Assembly: GCA_902802905.1 (NCBI GenBank)
Contig: CADCNT010000011.1
Span: 2,004-66,003 of the forward strand
Source of the DNA: an uncultured Erysipelotrichaceae bacterium
GTDB taxonomy: Bacteria > Bacillota_I > Bacilli_A > RFN20 > CAG-826
Reading direction: 5' to 3'
Length of the DNA stretch: 64,000 bases
Each line of letters opens with the position of its first letter. Within the stretch, counting starts at the first letter, position 1. Shown here in pieces: positions 45,504-53,323 of the stretch. The notes beneath the pieces are model-generated. The model saw nothing but the letters and a program-made list of their open reading frames with translations, was not told the origin of the DNA and did not search any database. The translations under genes and the position numbers were made by a program.

Positions 45504-46742
45504 CTAAATTGATTTAACTGGAACAATAAGTACTTTATCAGATAATGCACTGATGCTATCTGATGTACATATCAAACACGCTTTAGCCTTTTCATATCTA
45601 GTGTCTTCTAACTCTTTAAATCCAGAGACATCAGATAATTTATGCTTCTCACCAAACTTACATTCTATTGCGTGCATCATTCCTTTTTTAATAAATACAA
45701 TATCTACTTCGTTTTGTGAATAATCACGGTAATAGAAGAAATTTGTTTTATCACCAGCGTTTTCATATGATTTGCGTATTTCATTAACAACAAATGTTTC
45801 AAATAATCTTCCCTTTAAAAAACTTCTAGATAAAGTTTCTTTAGAATCGATACCTAATAAATATGCAGCAATGCCAGTATCAAAGAAATATATTTTAGGT
45901 GTTTTGGCAACACGCTTTGTCCACGATTCTTCATAATACGGTTGTAATAAATGTACGATGCCTGTTTTCACCATGATTGATATCCACGCTTTAATTGTAG
46001 TAGCAGAGACACCAACCTGTTTAGCTAGGCTATCATAATTAAGTTCCTGTCCAGTTAATGAAGCAACTAAAACAATTAGATTATAAAATTTTGATTCATC
46101 TTTTAATTCTATTTCGTCTCTTACATCTTTTTCTAAATATGTATTAATAAAAGAAGAATAGAATATTGAGCCTCTAAGCCCTTTATCATCATATAGTTCA
46201 GGCATCTGTCCTTTAACAATTAAGTCCAGAATCTCATCTTGATTTAGATTAATACCTTCAATTCTTTTAGCGATTGCTTTTGGATCAGAAGTAAATGGGT
46301 AATTGCTTCTATTGATGATTTCACTAAGAGATAATGGTGACATATCAAGTAGAGCCGCTCTACCCGCTAACGATTCTTTTGCTTTTTCTAATAAATCTTT
46401 TCTACTAGATCCAGAAAGGATATACATTCCATTAGCAGCGCTATTACCTTCTAATCTTCTTTTTTCATTAATAATATATTCAATTTCTTCAAATAATTGA
46501 GTGGCTTTTTGTGCTTCATCAATAATTAATGGATAAGGATGAATAGATAAGAAAGTCTTTGGATCGTTTTGTGCTAAGAATCTATCTGCAGTATTATCAA
46601 GTGTCACATATGAAAAACCTTTGCCGTCATACTTCTCTGTTAATAGAGTTGACTTGCCCACTTGTCTAGGACCAGTTAATATAACGCAAGGAAAATGTTC
46701 GATCGCGTAATCAATAACATCTTTAATATGTCTTTCAATCAT
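45504..46742 (-). CDS. AAA+ ATPase (AAA_14) with DUF4143/PD-(D/E)xK-like C-terminus, third paralog
   Basis: ILTGPRQVGKSTL, LIIDEAQK, C-terminal NEVDIVFIKKGMMHAIECK. ATG 46742 lies 6 nt after GGAGGT. Confidence 0.8.
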   Translation of the reverse strand: MIERHIKDVIDYAIEHFPCVILTGPRQVGKSTLLTEKYDGKGFSYVTLDNTADRFLAQNDPKTFLSIHPYPLIIDEAQKATQLFEEIEYIINEKRRLEGNSAANGMYILSGSSRKDLLEKAKESLAGRAALLDMSPLSLSEIINRSNYPFTSDPKAIAKRIEGINLNQDEILDLIVKGQMPELYDDKGLRGSIFYSSFINTYLEKDVRDEIELKDESKFYNLIVLVASLTGQELNYDSLAKQVGVSATTIKAWISIMVKTGIVHLLQPYYEESWTKRVAKTPKIYFFDTGIAAYLLGIDSKETLSRSFLKGRLFETFVVNEIRKSYENAGDKTNFFYYRDYSQNEVDIVFIKKGMMHAIECKFGEKHKLSDVSGFKELEDTRYEKAKACLICTSDSISALSDKVLIVPVKSI

Positions 46743-46930
46743 ATTCATACCTCCACTTTGGAATATCCACACTTCAACTTTGGATTTTTCACAAATACTA
46801 TAACATGGCCGATATTATTTTCAAAGAAAAAGCAGACTAATAAATGCTATTGATTGGTGAAAAACACTCTACTCATTCATAAAATTTATCAAAGATTTCC
46901 AAATGCTTTTCTATATTTTTCTCACTATAT

Positions 46931-46966
46931 AAAAAATAATAGATACTATACATAGTATCTATTATT
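46931..46966 (-). terminator. Intrinsic terminator of the tRNA operon
   Basis: 14-bp stem AATAATAGATACTA/TAGTATCTATTATT, followed by a T-run on the minus strand. Confidence 0.8.
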
Positions 46967-47050
46967 GGTGCGGATAGCAGGAATCGAACCTGTACGAGTC
47001 TCCTCACAAGATTCTAAGTCTTGCGTGTCTACCAGTTCCACCATATCCGC
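46966..47050 (-). tRNA. tRNA-Leu (anticodon TAG), type II with a long variable arm, CCA encoded
   Basis: Reverse complement gcggatatggtggaactggtagacacgcaagaCTTAGAAtcttgtgaggagactcgtacaggttcgattcctgctatccgcacca. Confidence 0.9.
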
Positions 47051-47096
47051 ATATTTTAATAAAAAGCAGACTTGTTCAGCCTGCTAGTTATCCAAA

Positions 47097-47172
47097 TGGT
47101 GCCGTCTATCGGAATCGAACCAACAACCTATCGATTACAAATCGATTGCTCTGCCAATTGAGCTAAGACGGC
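47097..47172 (-). tRNA. tRNA-Thr (anticodon TGT), CCA encoded
   Basis: Reverse complement gccgtcttagctcaattggcagagcaatcgaTTTGTAAtcgataggttgttggttcgattccgatagacggcacca. Confidence 0.9.
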
Positions 47173-47179
47173 AGTTTTT

Positions 47180-47254
47180 TGGTGGACACTACAGGGATCG
47201 AACCTGTGACCTCTTCCGTGTGAAGGAAGCGTTCTCCCGCTGAACTAAGTGTCC
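47180..47254 (-). tRNA. tRNA-Val (anticodon CAC), CCA encoded
   Basis: Reverse complement ggacacttagttcagcgggagaacgcttccTTCACACggaagaggtcacaggttcgatccctgtagtgtccacca. Confidence 0.9.
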
Positions 47255-47303
47255 CTATAGTGTTTAAATTATTAAACCCCTATTAAGGGGTTGTTTGCGT
47301 TTT

Positions 47304-47380
<77 letters not shown>

Positions 47381-47397
47381 AAAATACGCGCTTAAAT

Positions 47398-47426
47398 AAT
47401 ATACATTAGTGATTTAAATAAATCAA
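47398..47426 (-). promoter_or_regulatory. Promoter of the tRNA operon
   Basis: TTGATT (47426-47421), 17-nt spacer, TATATT (47403-47398), about 18 nt before tRNA-Ile. Confidence 0.55.
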
Positions 47427-47470
47427 TAACAAAACTAACTAATAAAATCTAATCAAAAATAGGTGCTTAT

Positions 47471-48871
47471 TTATTGATTTTTTGTTAAACATTTACGGAT
47501 AAGATAGTCGATTCTTTCAATTGTTGAATCCACGATTACATTTATTCTATCTTTGTCTAAATATTTGGATTGATATTTGCTAAATAAAGATGGGAGTTTG
47601 CTTTTGATACTATTTAATGATTCTAAATGTAACCAAGAGAAATCTTTAACTAGTTGTAATTGTTCTTGTGGTTTTTCTTTGAATGGTTTGGAAATAATAT
47701 TTTTAGAAGCCTTAATATCGATTGTTAATTTATCAAAACCAAAAGATGCACCACTATCAAATATTGGAGCAGGTTCAACAAACTCTAGTGTTTTTGCATC
47801 TCTAATAAAACCAAAGTTATTTAAGTGTCTGTCCTCATTAGCGATGATGAAATCAAAAACAATCAACTTATCTAAGAATGATTCAACATTCTTAATTCCT
47901 AAAGACTGAGTGCATTTAATAAAGTGGGTATAAGCACTGTCGCTATTATTTCTTTTTAATACTTTACTAATTTGATAAGCAGTGACTAAATCTTGATCTC
48001 TTTTAACAAAATCATCACAAGTTGAATATGGGTAGTCTCCATCATAAAACAAGTTATAGCTCACACAGTCTAAGCCTAGCAAATTAGCAATCTCACTGGC
48101 GATCACTTCGTTAAATGGTTCTTGACGGTATGGATTGGAGCCACCCTTAATAAGCACTCTTTTGCCATCAACAATTTTCCAACGTTTTTTAAGGTTTCCT
48201 ACCGAAGTATTGTCTGGAGATGAAAGATTTAATTCTTTTTTTCTTTTTTCTCCGTTAAATAAAACTTCACCAACATCATCAGCAAAATCATTATCAAAAA
48301 AGTTCACATCTTCCCATGCAATGTTATCTTCTCTAGGTTTAATCCAGTATTGATCAGATAAGCTTAGTCCGAAACATTTAAGTAACAATACTTTTGGATC
48401 AGAGATTTCTAACTTTTCTAAAGCATCTCTAATTCCTGACCTAGTTAATGGAATGCTACGATCGTTCCACCACTCAGAAAGACCAGTTAAATTATCTTGA
48501 ACACCGATAGGTAGTAACTCTTTTGCATATAGATAACCATAAAACTGAATTTGACCAGTTTCAAATGAGATATCAAGGTCAACAACTTTATCGTTAATGT
48601 GCATTAATGTTGCAAAAAGTAATTTGGAATCCTCATAACCTTGTTTAATTCTCTTGAGTTCGTTTTCCAATTCTTTTCTTTTATTAATCAGAGAGTTCAA
48701 TTTTACAAGTTCTTCATCTGATACAAACTTGCTGTATTTTTTACCGTTTTCACTCCATTGATGGTAATAGTAAATATTGCCTCCTATATTTTTAATGGAT
48801 ATATATCCTTTAGGGAGTTTATTAATTTCTTCTTTCAGTTCTTTGATTCTATTTAACTCTAATTGTTTCAT
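47471..48871 (-). CDS. hipA: HipA-family Ser/Thr kinase (toxin-like) with an extra N-terminal coiled-coil/beta-hairpin module
   Basis: HipA_C signatures IANEDRHLNNFGFI and APIFDSGASF, plus LSLSDQYWIKP. First ATG at 48871 (the track ORF starts at TTG 48886). Confidence 0.8.
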   Translation of the reverse strand: MKQLELNRIKELKEEINKLPKGYISIKNIGGNIYYYHQWSENGKKYSKFVSDEELVKLNSLINKRKELENELKRIKQGYEDSKLLFATLMHINDKVVDLDISFETGQIQFYGYLYAKELLPIGVQDNLTGLSEWWNDRSIPLTRSGIRDALEKLEISDPKVLLLKCFGLSLSDQYWIKPREDNIAWEDVNFFDNDFADDVGEVLFNGEKRKKELNLSSPDNTSVGNLKKRWKIVDGKRVLIKGGSNPYRQEPFNEVIASEIANLLGLDCVSYNLFYDGDYPYSTCDDFVKRDQDLVTAYQISKVLKRNNSDSAYTHFIKCTQSLGIKNVESFLDKLIVFDFIIANEDRHLNNFGFIRDAKTLEFVEPAPIFDSGASFGFDKLTIDIKASKNIISKPFKEKPQEQLQLVKDFSWLHLESLNSIKSKLPSLFSKYQSKYLDKDRINVIVDSTIERIDYLIRKCLTKNQ

Positions 48872-48877
48872 GGCTAT

Positions 48878-48906
48878 ATTATACAATTCATTAACCCCTT
48901 TGTTAA
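48878..48906 (-). promoter_or_regulatory. Promoter of the hipA-like gene, probably giving a leaderless mRNA
   Basis: TTAACA (48906-48901), 17-nt spacer, TATAAT (48883-48878). Six nt (atagcc) separate the -10 from ATG 48871, and there is no SD. Confidence 0.6.
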
Positions 48907-48946
48907 CCCCTTTTTTAACCCCATTTCTAACCCCACTTTTAACCCC
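48892..48946. repeat. Five direct GGGGTTA (plus strand TAACCCC) repeats at an exact 12-bp period
   Basis: TAACCCC at 48892, 48904, 48916, 48928 and 48940. The two proximal copies overlap the spacer and -35 of the hipA-like promoter. Confidence 0.95.
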
Positions 48947-48957
48947 TGTTTATAAGC

Positions 48958-48990
48958 AAAGAAAAAGGAAGCATGATAAGTTGCTTCCTA
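48958..48990 (-). terminator. Intrinsic terminator after rpsI
   Basis: AGGAAGC (48966-48972) pairs with GCTTCCT (48983-48989). The minus strand continues TTTTCTTTG. Confidence 0.7.
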
Positions 48991-49034
48991 TAATCTTCTT
49001 TTCTCTTAATGATATCAAAGATATCAAGAATCGA

Positions 49035-49436
49035 TTAACGCTTAGAGAATTGAGGTGCTCTTCTAGCAGCTTTAAGACCGTATTTCTTTCTTTCTTTCTT
49101 ACGGGAGTCTCTAGTAATCATACCAGCGACTTTAAGTGCTTTTCTGTCGCATCCTGCTTCGAGTAAAGCGCGGGTGATGCCGAGTCTAATAGCGCCACTT
49201 TGACCTGTAAATCCACCACCTCTGACTTGGCAGACGACATCATATTTGTCTTCAACTCCAGAGATCACGAGTGGTTGTTTTAAGTCCATCACTAAGGTTG
49301 CAAATGGGAAATATTGATTCACATCGCGACCATTGACTGTGATTGTGCCTTTTCCAGAAACGACATAAACACGAGCGACGCTTGATTTTCTACGTCCAGT
49401 ACCGTAGTATTGGACACCAGTTTTCTTACTTGCCAT
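49035..49436 (-). CDS. rpsI: 30S ribosomal protein S9
   Basis: ...[14 protein letters not shown]...[19 protein letters not shown]...RAPQFSKR. Confidence 0.97.
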   Translation of the reverse strand: MASKKTGVQYYGTGRRKSSVARVYVVSGKGTITVNGRDVNQYFPFATLVMDLKQPLVISGVEDKYDVVCQVRGGGFTGQSGAIRLGITRALLEAGCDRKALKVAGMITRDSRKKERKKYGLKAARRAPQFSKR

Positions 49437-49448
49437 TGTTTATACCTC

Positions 49449-49889
49449 CTAGAATTTGAGCTCTAAAACTTCAGGTTTTTGGGCTTCATGTTTGTGGTCT
49501 GGGCCAGCATAGACAAATAATTTCTTTTCAATTTGTCTACCTAAGCGGCCTTTTGGCACCATACCGTGAACACTTCTTTCAATCATTTCACATGGAAATT
49601 CTTTTAACATAGTGCCAGCGGTTCTTGTTCTAAGACCACCATCGTATCCAGACACGTTATAATATTTTTTATTGTGGATTTTATCTCCAGATAAGCTCAC
49701 TTTTTCAGCGTTGATGATGATTACATAATCACCACAGTCAACGTTAGGTGTCCAAGTTGGTTTCACCTTACCTGTTAAAATTTGAGCGACTTGGGAGACT
49801 AATCTACCTAATGGTTTGTCTGTGGCATCGATGACATACCATTTTCTTTGGATTTCATTTGCTTTTGCAATAGTAGTTTGACGTTGCAT
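49449..49889 (-). CDS. rplM: 50S ribosomal protein L13
   Basis: ...RKWYVIDATDKPLGRLVSQVAQILTGK... RBS AAAGGAGGA. Confidence 0.97.
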   Translation of the reverse strand: MQRQTTIAKANEIQRKWYVIDATDKPLGRLVSQVAQILTGKVKPTWTPNVDCGDYVIIINAEKVSLSGDKIHNKKYYNVSGYDGGLRTRTAGTMLKEFPCEMIERSVHGMVPKGRLGRQIEKKLFVYAGPDHKHEAQKPEVLELKF

Positions 49890-50033
49890 ACAATTAATCC
49901 TCCTTTACCAAACTAACTTATTCCTTACCGGGGACTTCATTATTTTTGGCTAGTGCCGTGTTATATTGTATTCTTTTTATTTCCCTTAAATCAATAAAAT
50001 TATTGATTATTTACTTATTGATAACCCACATAT

Positions 50034-50058
50034 ATAAAAAGAACCCTTTTAGGGTTCT
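50034..50058 (-). terminator. Intrinsic terminator (AAAAAGAACCCT family) after the zinc-ribbon gene
   Basis: AGAACCCT (50040-50047) pairs with AGGGTTCT (50051-50058). T-run on the minus strand. Confidence 0.8.
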
Positions 50059-50077
50059 TATATACTTTTATATTTCC

Positions 50078-51352
50078 TTATGCTTCTTTCTTCTTGTTTA
50101 AACAAGCAGAAACAATTAATCCAGCGATTACAAAGTTAAGCATCACGATACCTGAGACTGCCGCTCCTGAGAAACCATAAGTAATATTGCTGTTACTAGA
50201 GTACATACTGATACAAGCACTTATGGATAAGGAAGCACTAATGATTAACACTAAGAAGGTAACTGCGGAGAATACGATTGACGATACTTTTTTACCTTTT
50301 AATGAATTAATGTAGGCTAGGAAAATCATCACTAGTCCTACTAGAGTAAATACAAAGCTTAGCACTCCAGGAATAAATACACTTAAGTTTAATTTAACAC
50401 CTGATGAACTAGAGAATGCTGCTAATGCACTTTCAGCAACAACAATACCGCTTGTTGACATCCTTACTGTTTGTCCTCCTACAGTTTGTTTTAAAGTGGA
50501 TAATGGAAAGAACATATTTAACATCAAGATAAATATCACTAATGCCATAGCGGTAGAGACAATAGTAGAAGCCACATTTTCTTTATTAATGATTGCCTTA
50601 GCAACTCTATAAGCAGAAATACCAATTAAGATGAATACAAGACCAGTAACTATTAATCCTGCTCCCCAACCAAGATTAACACTAGCATAGCTAGATTCAA
50701 CTTTCATTCTCGCTAGCATGAATAAAATAATAGGTAACATAGCAGCCCCAGCAGCAAACATTATTTTAGTGTGAGGTTCTTCCTTCTTTGTAATTGATCT
50801 GATGTTTTTAATAATTCCAAAGATAGTAAGAATAAGACAGGCAATACTTCCACCATAATAAAGAATTGATTCAACAATAAACATGGCAACTGAATAAGCA
50901 AAGTATTCTTTATATGGATATGCATCATACATTTGACTTAATGTTTTTGGATAATCAGAGATGAAATACTTTAATCCAATAGATGTGTTAACTCCTAAGC
51001 TAGAAGAAGTAAGTTTAACAACATCACCTAAAGCACCAATTAATAAGAATGTAGTGGCAAATAGCATAATAGCAGAGACAACAATATTAATTACGCGATT
51101 AGCTTTTCTTTTATTTTCTTCTGGGTCCACTGCTCTCTCTTCTTTTTTAGGAACAGGAACGGATTGTTCTTCCTTTTTTATTTCCTCTTCTTTAACTAGC
51201 TTTTCTCCACAAGCTTTGCAGAATTTATCATCTTCATTAATTGGAGCGCCACATTTAGGGCAGCAATTAATAGATTCTAATTTCTCTCCACATGCAGGAC
51301 AAAAATTTGTGTCATCAGGAAATTCTTTTCCACATTTCATACATTTTTTCAT
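50078..51352 (-). CDS. Double zinc-ribbon, polytopic membrane protein
   Basis: MKKCMKCGKEFPDDTNFCPACGEKL...CCPKCGAPINEDDKFCKACGEKL, a charged linker, then about 8 TM helices. ATG 51352 lies 8 nt after GAGG. Confidence 0.75.
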   Translation of the reverse strand: MKKCMKCGKEFPDDTNFCPACGEKLESINCCPKCGAPINEDDKFCKACGEKLVKEEEIKKEEQSVPVPKKEERAVDPEENKRKANRVINIVVSAIMLFATTFLLIGALGDVVKLTSSSLGVNTSIGLKYFISDYPKTLSQMYDAYPYKEYFAYSVAMFIVESILYYGGSIACLILTIFGIIKNIRSITKKEEPHTKIMFAAGAAMLPIILFMLARMKVESSYASVNLGWGAGLIVTGLVFILIGISAYRVAKAIINKENVASTIVSTAMALVIFILMLNMFFPLSTLKQTVGGQTVRMSTSGIVVAESALAAFSSSSGVKLNLSVFIPGVLSFVFTLVGLVMIFLAYINSLKGKKVSSIVFSAVTFLVLIISASLSISACISMYSSNSNITYGFSGAAVSGIVMLNFVIAGLIVSACLNKKKEA

Positions 51353-51405
51353 ATACAAAACCTCACTAACTAGTATAAATAATAGAAATTCATCTTACAA
51401 CGAAA

Positions 51406-51433
51406 TGAAAAAAGAACCCTTTATTGGGTTCTT
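51406..51433 (-). terminator. Intrinsic terminator (AAAAAGAACCCT family)
   Basis: AAGAACCC (51412-51419) pairs with GGGTTCTT (51426-51433). T-run on the minus strand. Confidence 0.8.
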
Positions 51434-51457
51434 ATATCCTCATTTTACTATCCTATA

Positions 51458-51892
51458 TTATTTTGACTTTGGTTGTCCGTACTCTCTATACATAGCCTGT
51501 ATAGAAACTACCCATTGTTTGCCAAATTTGCATACATCAATACCATTTTTGAGTTTCCCATAAGAAATCGATTTTCTTAAGGTAGATTCATTTAATCCCC
51601 AAATGGTAGTTGCGTCATTCATTGACATCAAACCGTCAAAAGGTGTTTTTATCTCTATTCCATTCGCCCATAACTCTTCACAAGATAAATCTAGATTATC
51701 ATTCCAAATGATGCCGCATCCTCCGACATCGACTTCAACGCCATAAAAAAGCTCGTTTTCTTTTAAGTCATTAAATACTTGTTTCCATTTAAATAATGGC
51801 TTCACATCATATATTTTTGTGACACCAACAGAAAACTCAACTAATAATTCATAATTTTGAAGTGGAAAGACATTTCTAATCTTGTGAAACAT
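51458..51892 (-). CDS. DUF2442-like protein with a C-terminal helix-turn-helix extension
   Basis: N-terminal IRNVFPLQNYELLVEFSVGVTKIYDVKPL...GIIWNDNLDLSCEELW. C-terminal MSMNDATTIWGLNESTLRKSISYGKL (MerR/excisionase-like HTH). Confidence 0.65.
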   Translation of the reverse strand: MFHKIRNVFPLQNYELLVEFSVGVTKIYDVKPLFKWKQVFNDLKENELFYGVEVDVGGCGIIWNDNLDLSCEELWANGIEIKTPFDGLMSMNDATTIWGLNESTLRKSISYGKLKNGIDVCKFGKQWVVSIQAMYREYGQPKSK

Positions 51893-51897
51893 ATGCT

Positions 51898-52158
51898 TTA
51901 TTTTAATGGTTCTATTTCACGGAAATCTTGTGAGTCCCACATTTTCAGTAATTCATCTTTGTGAAGAATAATCCATTCTTTAACCATAGACAGAACTCTT
52001 GATGTTGGGTTTGTTTCTCCATCAATTATTTTTAAATCTTTAATTGCTATGGAGAATGTTTCTTCACCGTAGATTACATGAACATGTGGTGGATTATGTT
52101 CCATTTGTTGGAAATACATCCTAATCACAATGCCGTAGAACCTAGCCAGTGTAGGCAT
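51898..52158 (-). CDS. DUF4160-family protein
   Basis: MPTLARFYGIVIRMYFQQMEHNPPHVHVIYGEE...VKEWIILHKDELLKMW. RBS AAAGGAGG. Confidence 0.7.
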   Translation of the reverse strand: MPTLARFYGIVIRMYFQQMEHNPPHVHVIYGEETFSIAIKDLKIIDGETNPTSRVLSMVKEWIILHKDELLKMWDSQDFREIEPLK

Positions 52159-52181
52159 TTTTTTACCTCCTTTCGTTTATA

Positions 52182-52210
52182 ATCTTATCACTATATCGTG
52201 ATATTATCAA
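52182..52210 (-). promoter_or_regulatory. Promoter plus palindromic operator of the DUF4160/DUF2442 pair
   Basis: TTGATA (52210-52205), 17-nt spacer, TAAGAT (52187-52182). Palindrome TATCAC-N6-GTGATA at 52186-52203 covers the spacer. Confidence 0.5.
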
Positions 52211-52229
52211 TGCGATTCTTACAACAGAA

Positions 52230-52259
52230 TGAAAAAGAACCCTGATAAATAGGATTCTT
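52230..52259 (-). terminator. Intrinsic terminator (AAAAAGAACCCT family) after relE
   Basis: AAGAACCCT (52235-52243) pairs with AGGATTCTT (52251-52259) at 8 of 9 positions. T-run on the minus strand. Confidence 0.65.
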
Positions 52260-52295
52260 CATTTACTCTATAGCTGTCTACAAGTTGATTACAAA

Positions 52296-52562
52296 TTATT
52301 TATAGATGCCTTTTCTGTGGCCAACTGCGATAGCTAACACTACTAATTTTCCATCTTCAATAAGTACGATAACTCGATAATCACCAATACGATATCTCCA
52401 TTGCCCAGCTCTATCGCTAGTCAAAGGTTTGCCATGTTCTCTTGGGTTATCAGTATTATTGATGTTTTTATTAAGCCACAGAAGAATCATCTTCTGAACA
52501 TACACATCCAATTTATTTAATTGTTTCTTTGCGTGTTCAGTAAATTCAAGGTGATACTTCAT
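52296..52562 (-). CDS. relE: RelE/StbE-family type II toxin (mRNA interferase)
   Basis: 88 aa, ...QWRYRIGDYRVIVLIEDGKLVVLAIAVGHRKGIY. ATGA overlap with the antitoxin gene. Confidence 0.85.
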   Translation of the reverse strand: MKYHLEFTEHAKKQLNKLDVYVQKMILLWLNKNINNTDNPREHGKPLTSDRAGQWRYRIGDYRVIVLIEDGKLVVLAIAVGHRKGIYK

Positions 52563-52777
52563 AATCCTAATTCTTTCATGAGTTCTTCAATAGAATAGGT
52601 CTTAGGATTTTTCTTGTATTCCTTTAAGCCTTCGTCTGCTAAAGCGAGGTCATATTCATCTTCGATTTTTTCGAAGTACGCTCTTTTTATGGCTTCACTT
52701 AAAGATACACCGTTTAGTTTGGCATACGCATCCGCTAAAGCTTTTTCTTCATCAGTCATTCTGATTGAAACAACCAT
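52559..52777 (-). CDS. Ribbon-helix-helix antitoxin (RelB/DUF6290-like)
   Basis: MVVSIRMTDEEKALADAYAKLNGVSLSEAIKRAYFEKIEDEYD... ATG 52777 preceded by GAAGGAAA. Confidence 0.75.
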   Translation of the reverse strand: MVVSIRMTDEEKALADAYAKLNGVSLSEAIKRAYFEKIEDEYDLALADEGLKEYKKNPKTYSIEELMKELGL

Positions 52778-52825
52778 TTGTATTTCCTTCTTTCGTAATA
52801 CATTGTAATACATTTTTAATGTATG

Positions 52826-53239
52826 TCAATGTTTTATACCGAAATACTCAGGATGTTCATCTAAAATTCTGATTAAAAAATCAATAGGTTTGTCTTGTAT
52901 GGCGCCTAATTCATAGCGGGCAATGTTTTTGGCGCCACATCTAATAAGTTTTGCTAATTTAGTTTGTGACAAATGATATTTTTTTCTAATTGCAATTATT
53001 TCATCACTAGTTAGTAAGCCATTTAATCTCTTGTATTCATCATATGCATTTTTAAGATTTTCTTTAGCGACTGCATAATAAAATAATTTTCCACCACATT
53101 TAGGGCAATATAAATTAGTGTCGATGGTTGTGATTTCCATTCCTTTTATTTTAGAAGAAAAAGGTTCTTGCCTAACAAGACACTCAACGTCTTCTTCACA
53201 ATCAAGACAATACGTAATAATTTTTTCTTTTAGTATCAT
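52826..53239 (-). CDS. MqsA-like zinc-ribbon plus XRE-HTH protein
   Basis: CLDCEE...CPKCGG zinc ribbon, then LTSDEIIAIRKKYHLSQTKLAKLIRCGAKNIARYELG. Confidence 0.7.
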   Translation of the reverse strand: MILKEKIITYCLDCEEDVECLVRQEPFSSKIKGMEITTIDTNLYCPKCGGKLFYYAVAKENLKNAYDEYKRLNGLLTSDEIIAIRKKYHLSQTKLAKLIRCGAKNIARYELGAIQDKPIDFLIRILDEHPEYFGIKH

Positions 53240-53247
53240 ATGATACC

Positions 53248-53275
53248 ATTATAACAATGTTATTTATTGTTGCAA
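53248..53275 (-). promoter_or_regulatory. Promoter of the mqsA-like/relBE operon, probably leaderless, with a palindrome in the spacer
   Basis: TTGCAA (53275-53270), 16-nt spacer, TATAAT (53253-53248). Eight nt separate the -10 from ATG 53239. The spacer contains AACAAT-N7-ATTGTT. Confidence 0.55.
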
Positions 53276-53300
53276 TAAAAAAGCACTTTTGCAGTGCTTT
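53276..53300 (-). terminator. Intrinsic terminator after yebC
   Basis: AAGCACT (53281-53287) pairs with AGTGCTT (53293-53299). T-run on the minus strand. Confidence 0.8.
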
Positions 53301-53323
53301 TCATGTAACTAATTACAAAGTAA

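Noticed and set aside
48892-48946. TAACCCC repeats as a CRISPR array or telomere-like repeat
   Set aside because: The repeat unit is only 7 nt with 5-nt spacers, there are five copies and no cas genes. The position over a promoter fits an operator far better.
48777-49166. 129-aa plus-strand ORF with LTPLLTPFLTPFLTPLLTP
   Set aside because: The 4-aa periodicity is the translation of the 12-bp GGGGTTA/TAACCCC array. The ORF is antisense to the hipA-like start and to rpsI.
49890-49990. L13 ribosomal-protein leader upstream of rplM
   Set aside because: A roughly 85-nt leader after a TTGATT-18-TACAAT promoter is plausible. However, I cannot verify the Rfam L13_leader structure by eye, so I did not call it.
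50961-51563. Long antisense ORFs: 50961-51563 (200 aa), 56566-57156 (196 aa), 61189-61659 (156 aa), 42472-42876 (134 aa)
   Set aside because: Each lies fully opposite a confidently identified gene (zinc-ribbon protein, ecfA1, hydA, capD-like). None has a recognisable motif, and the composition is skewed.
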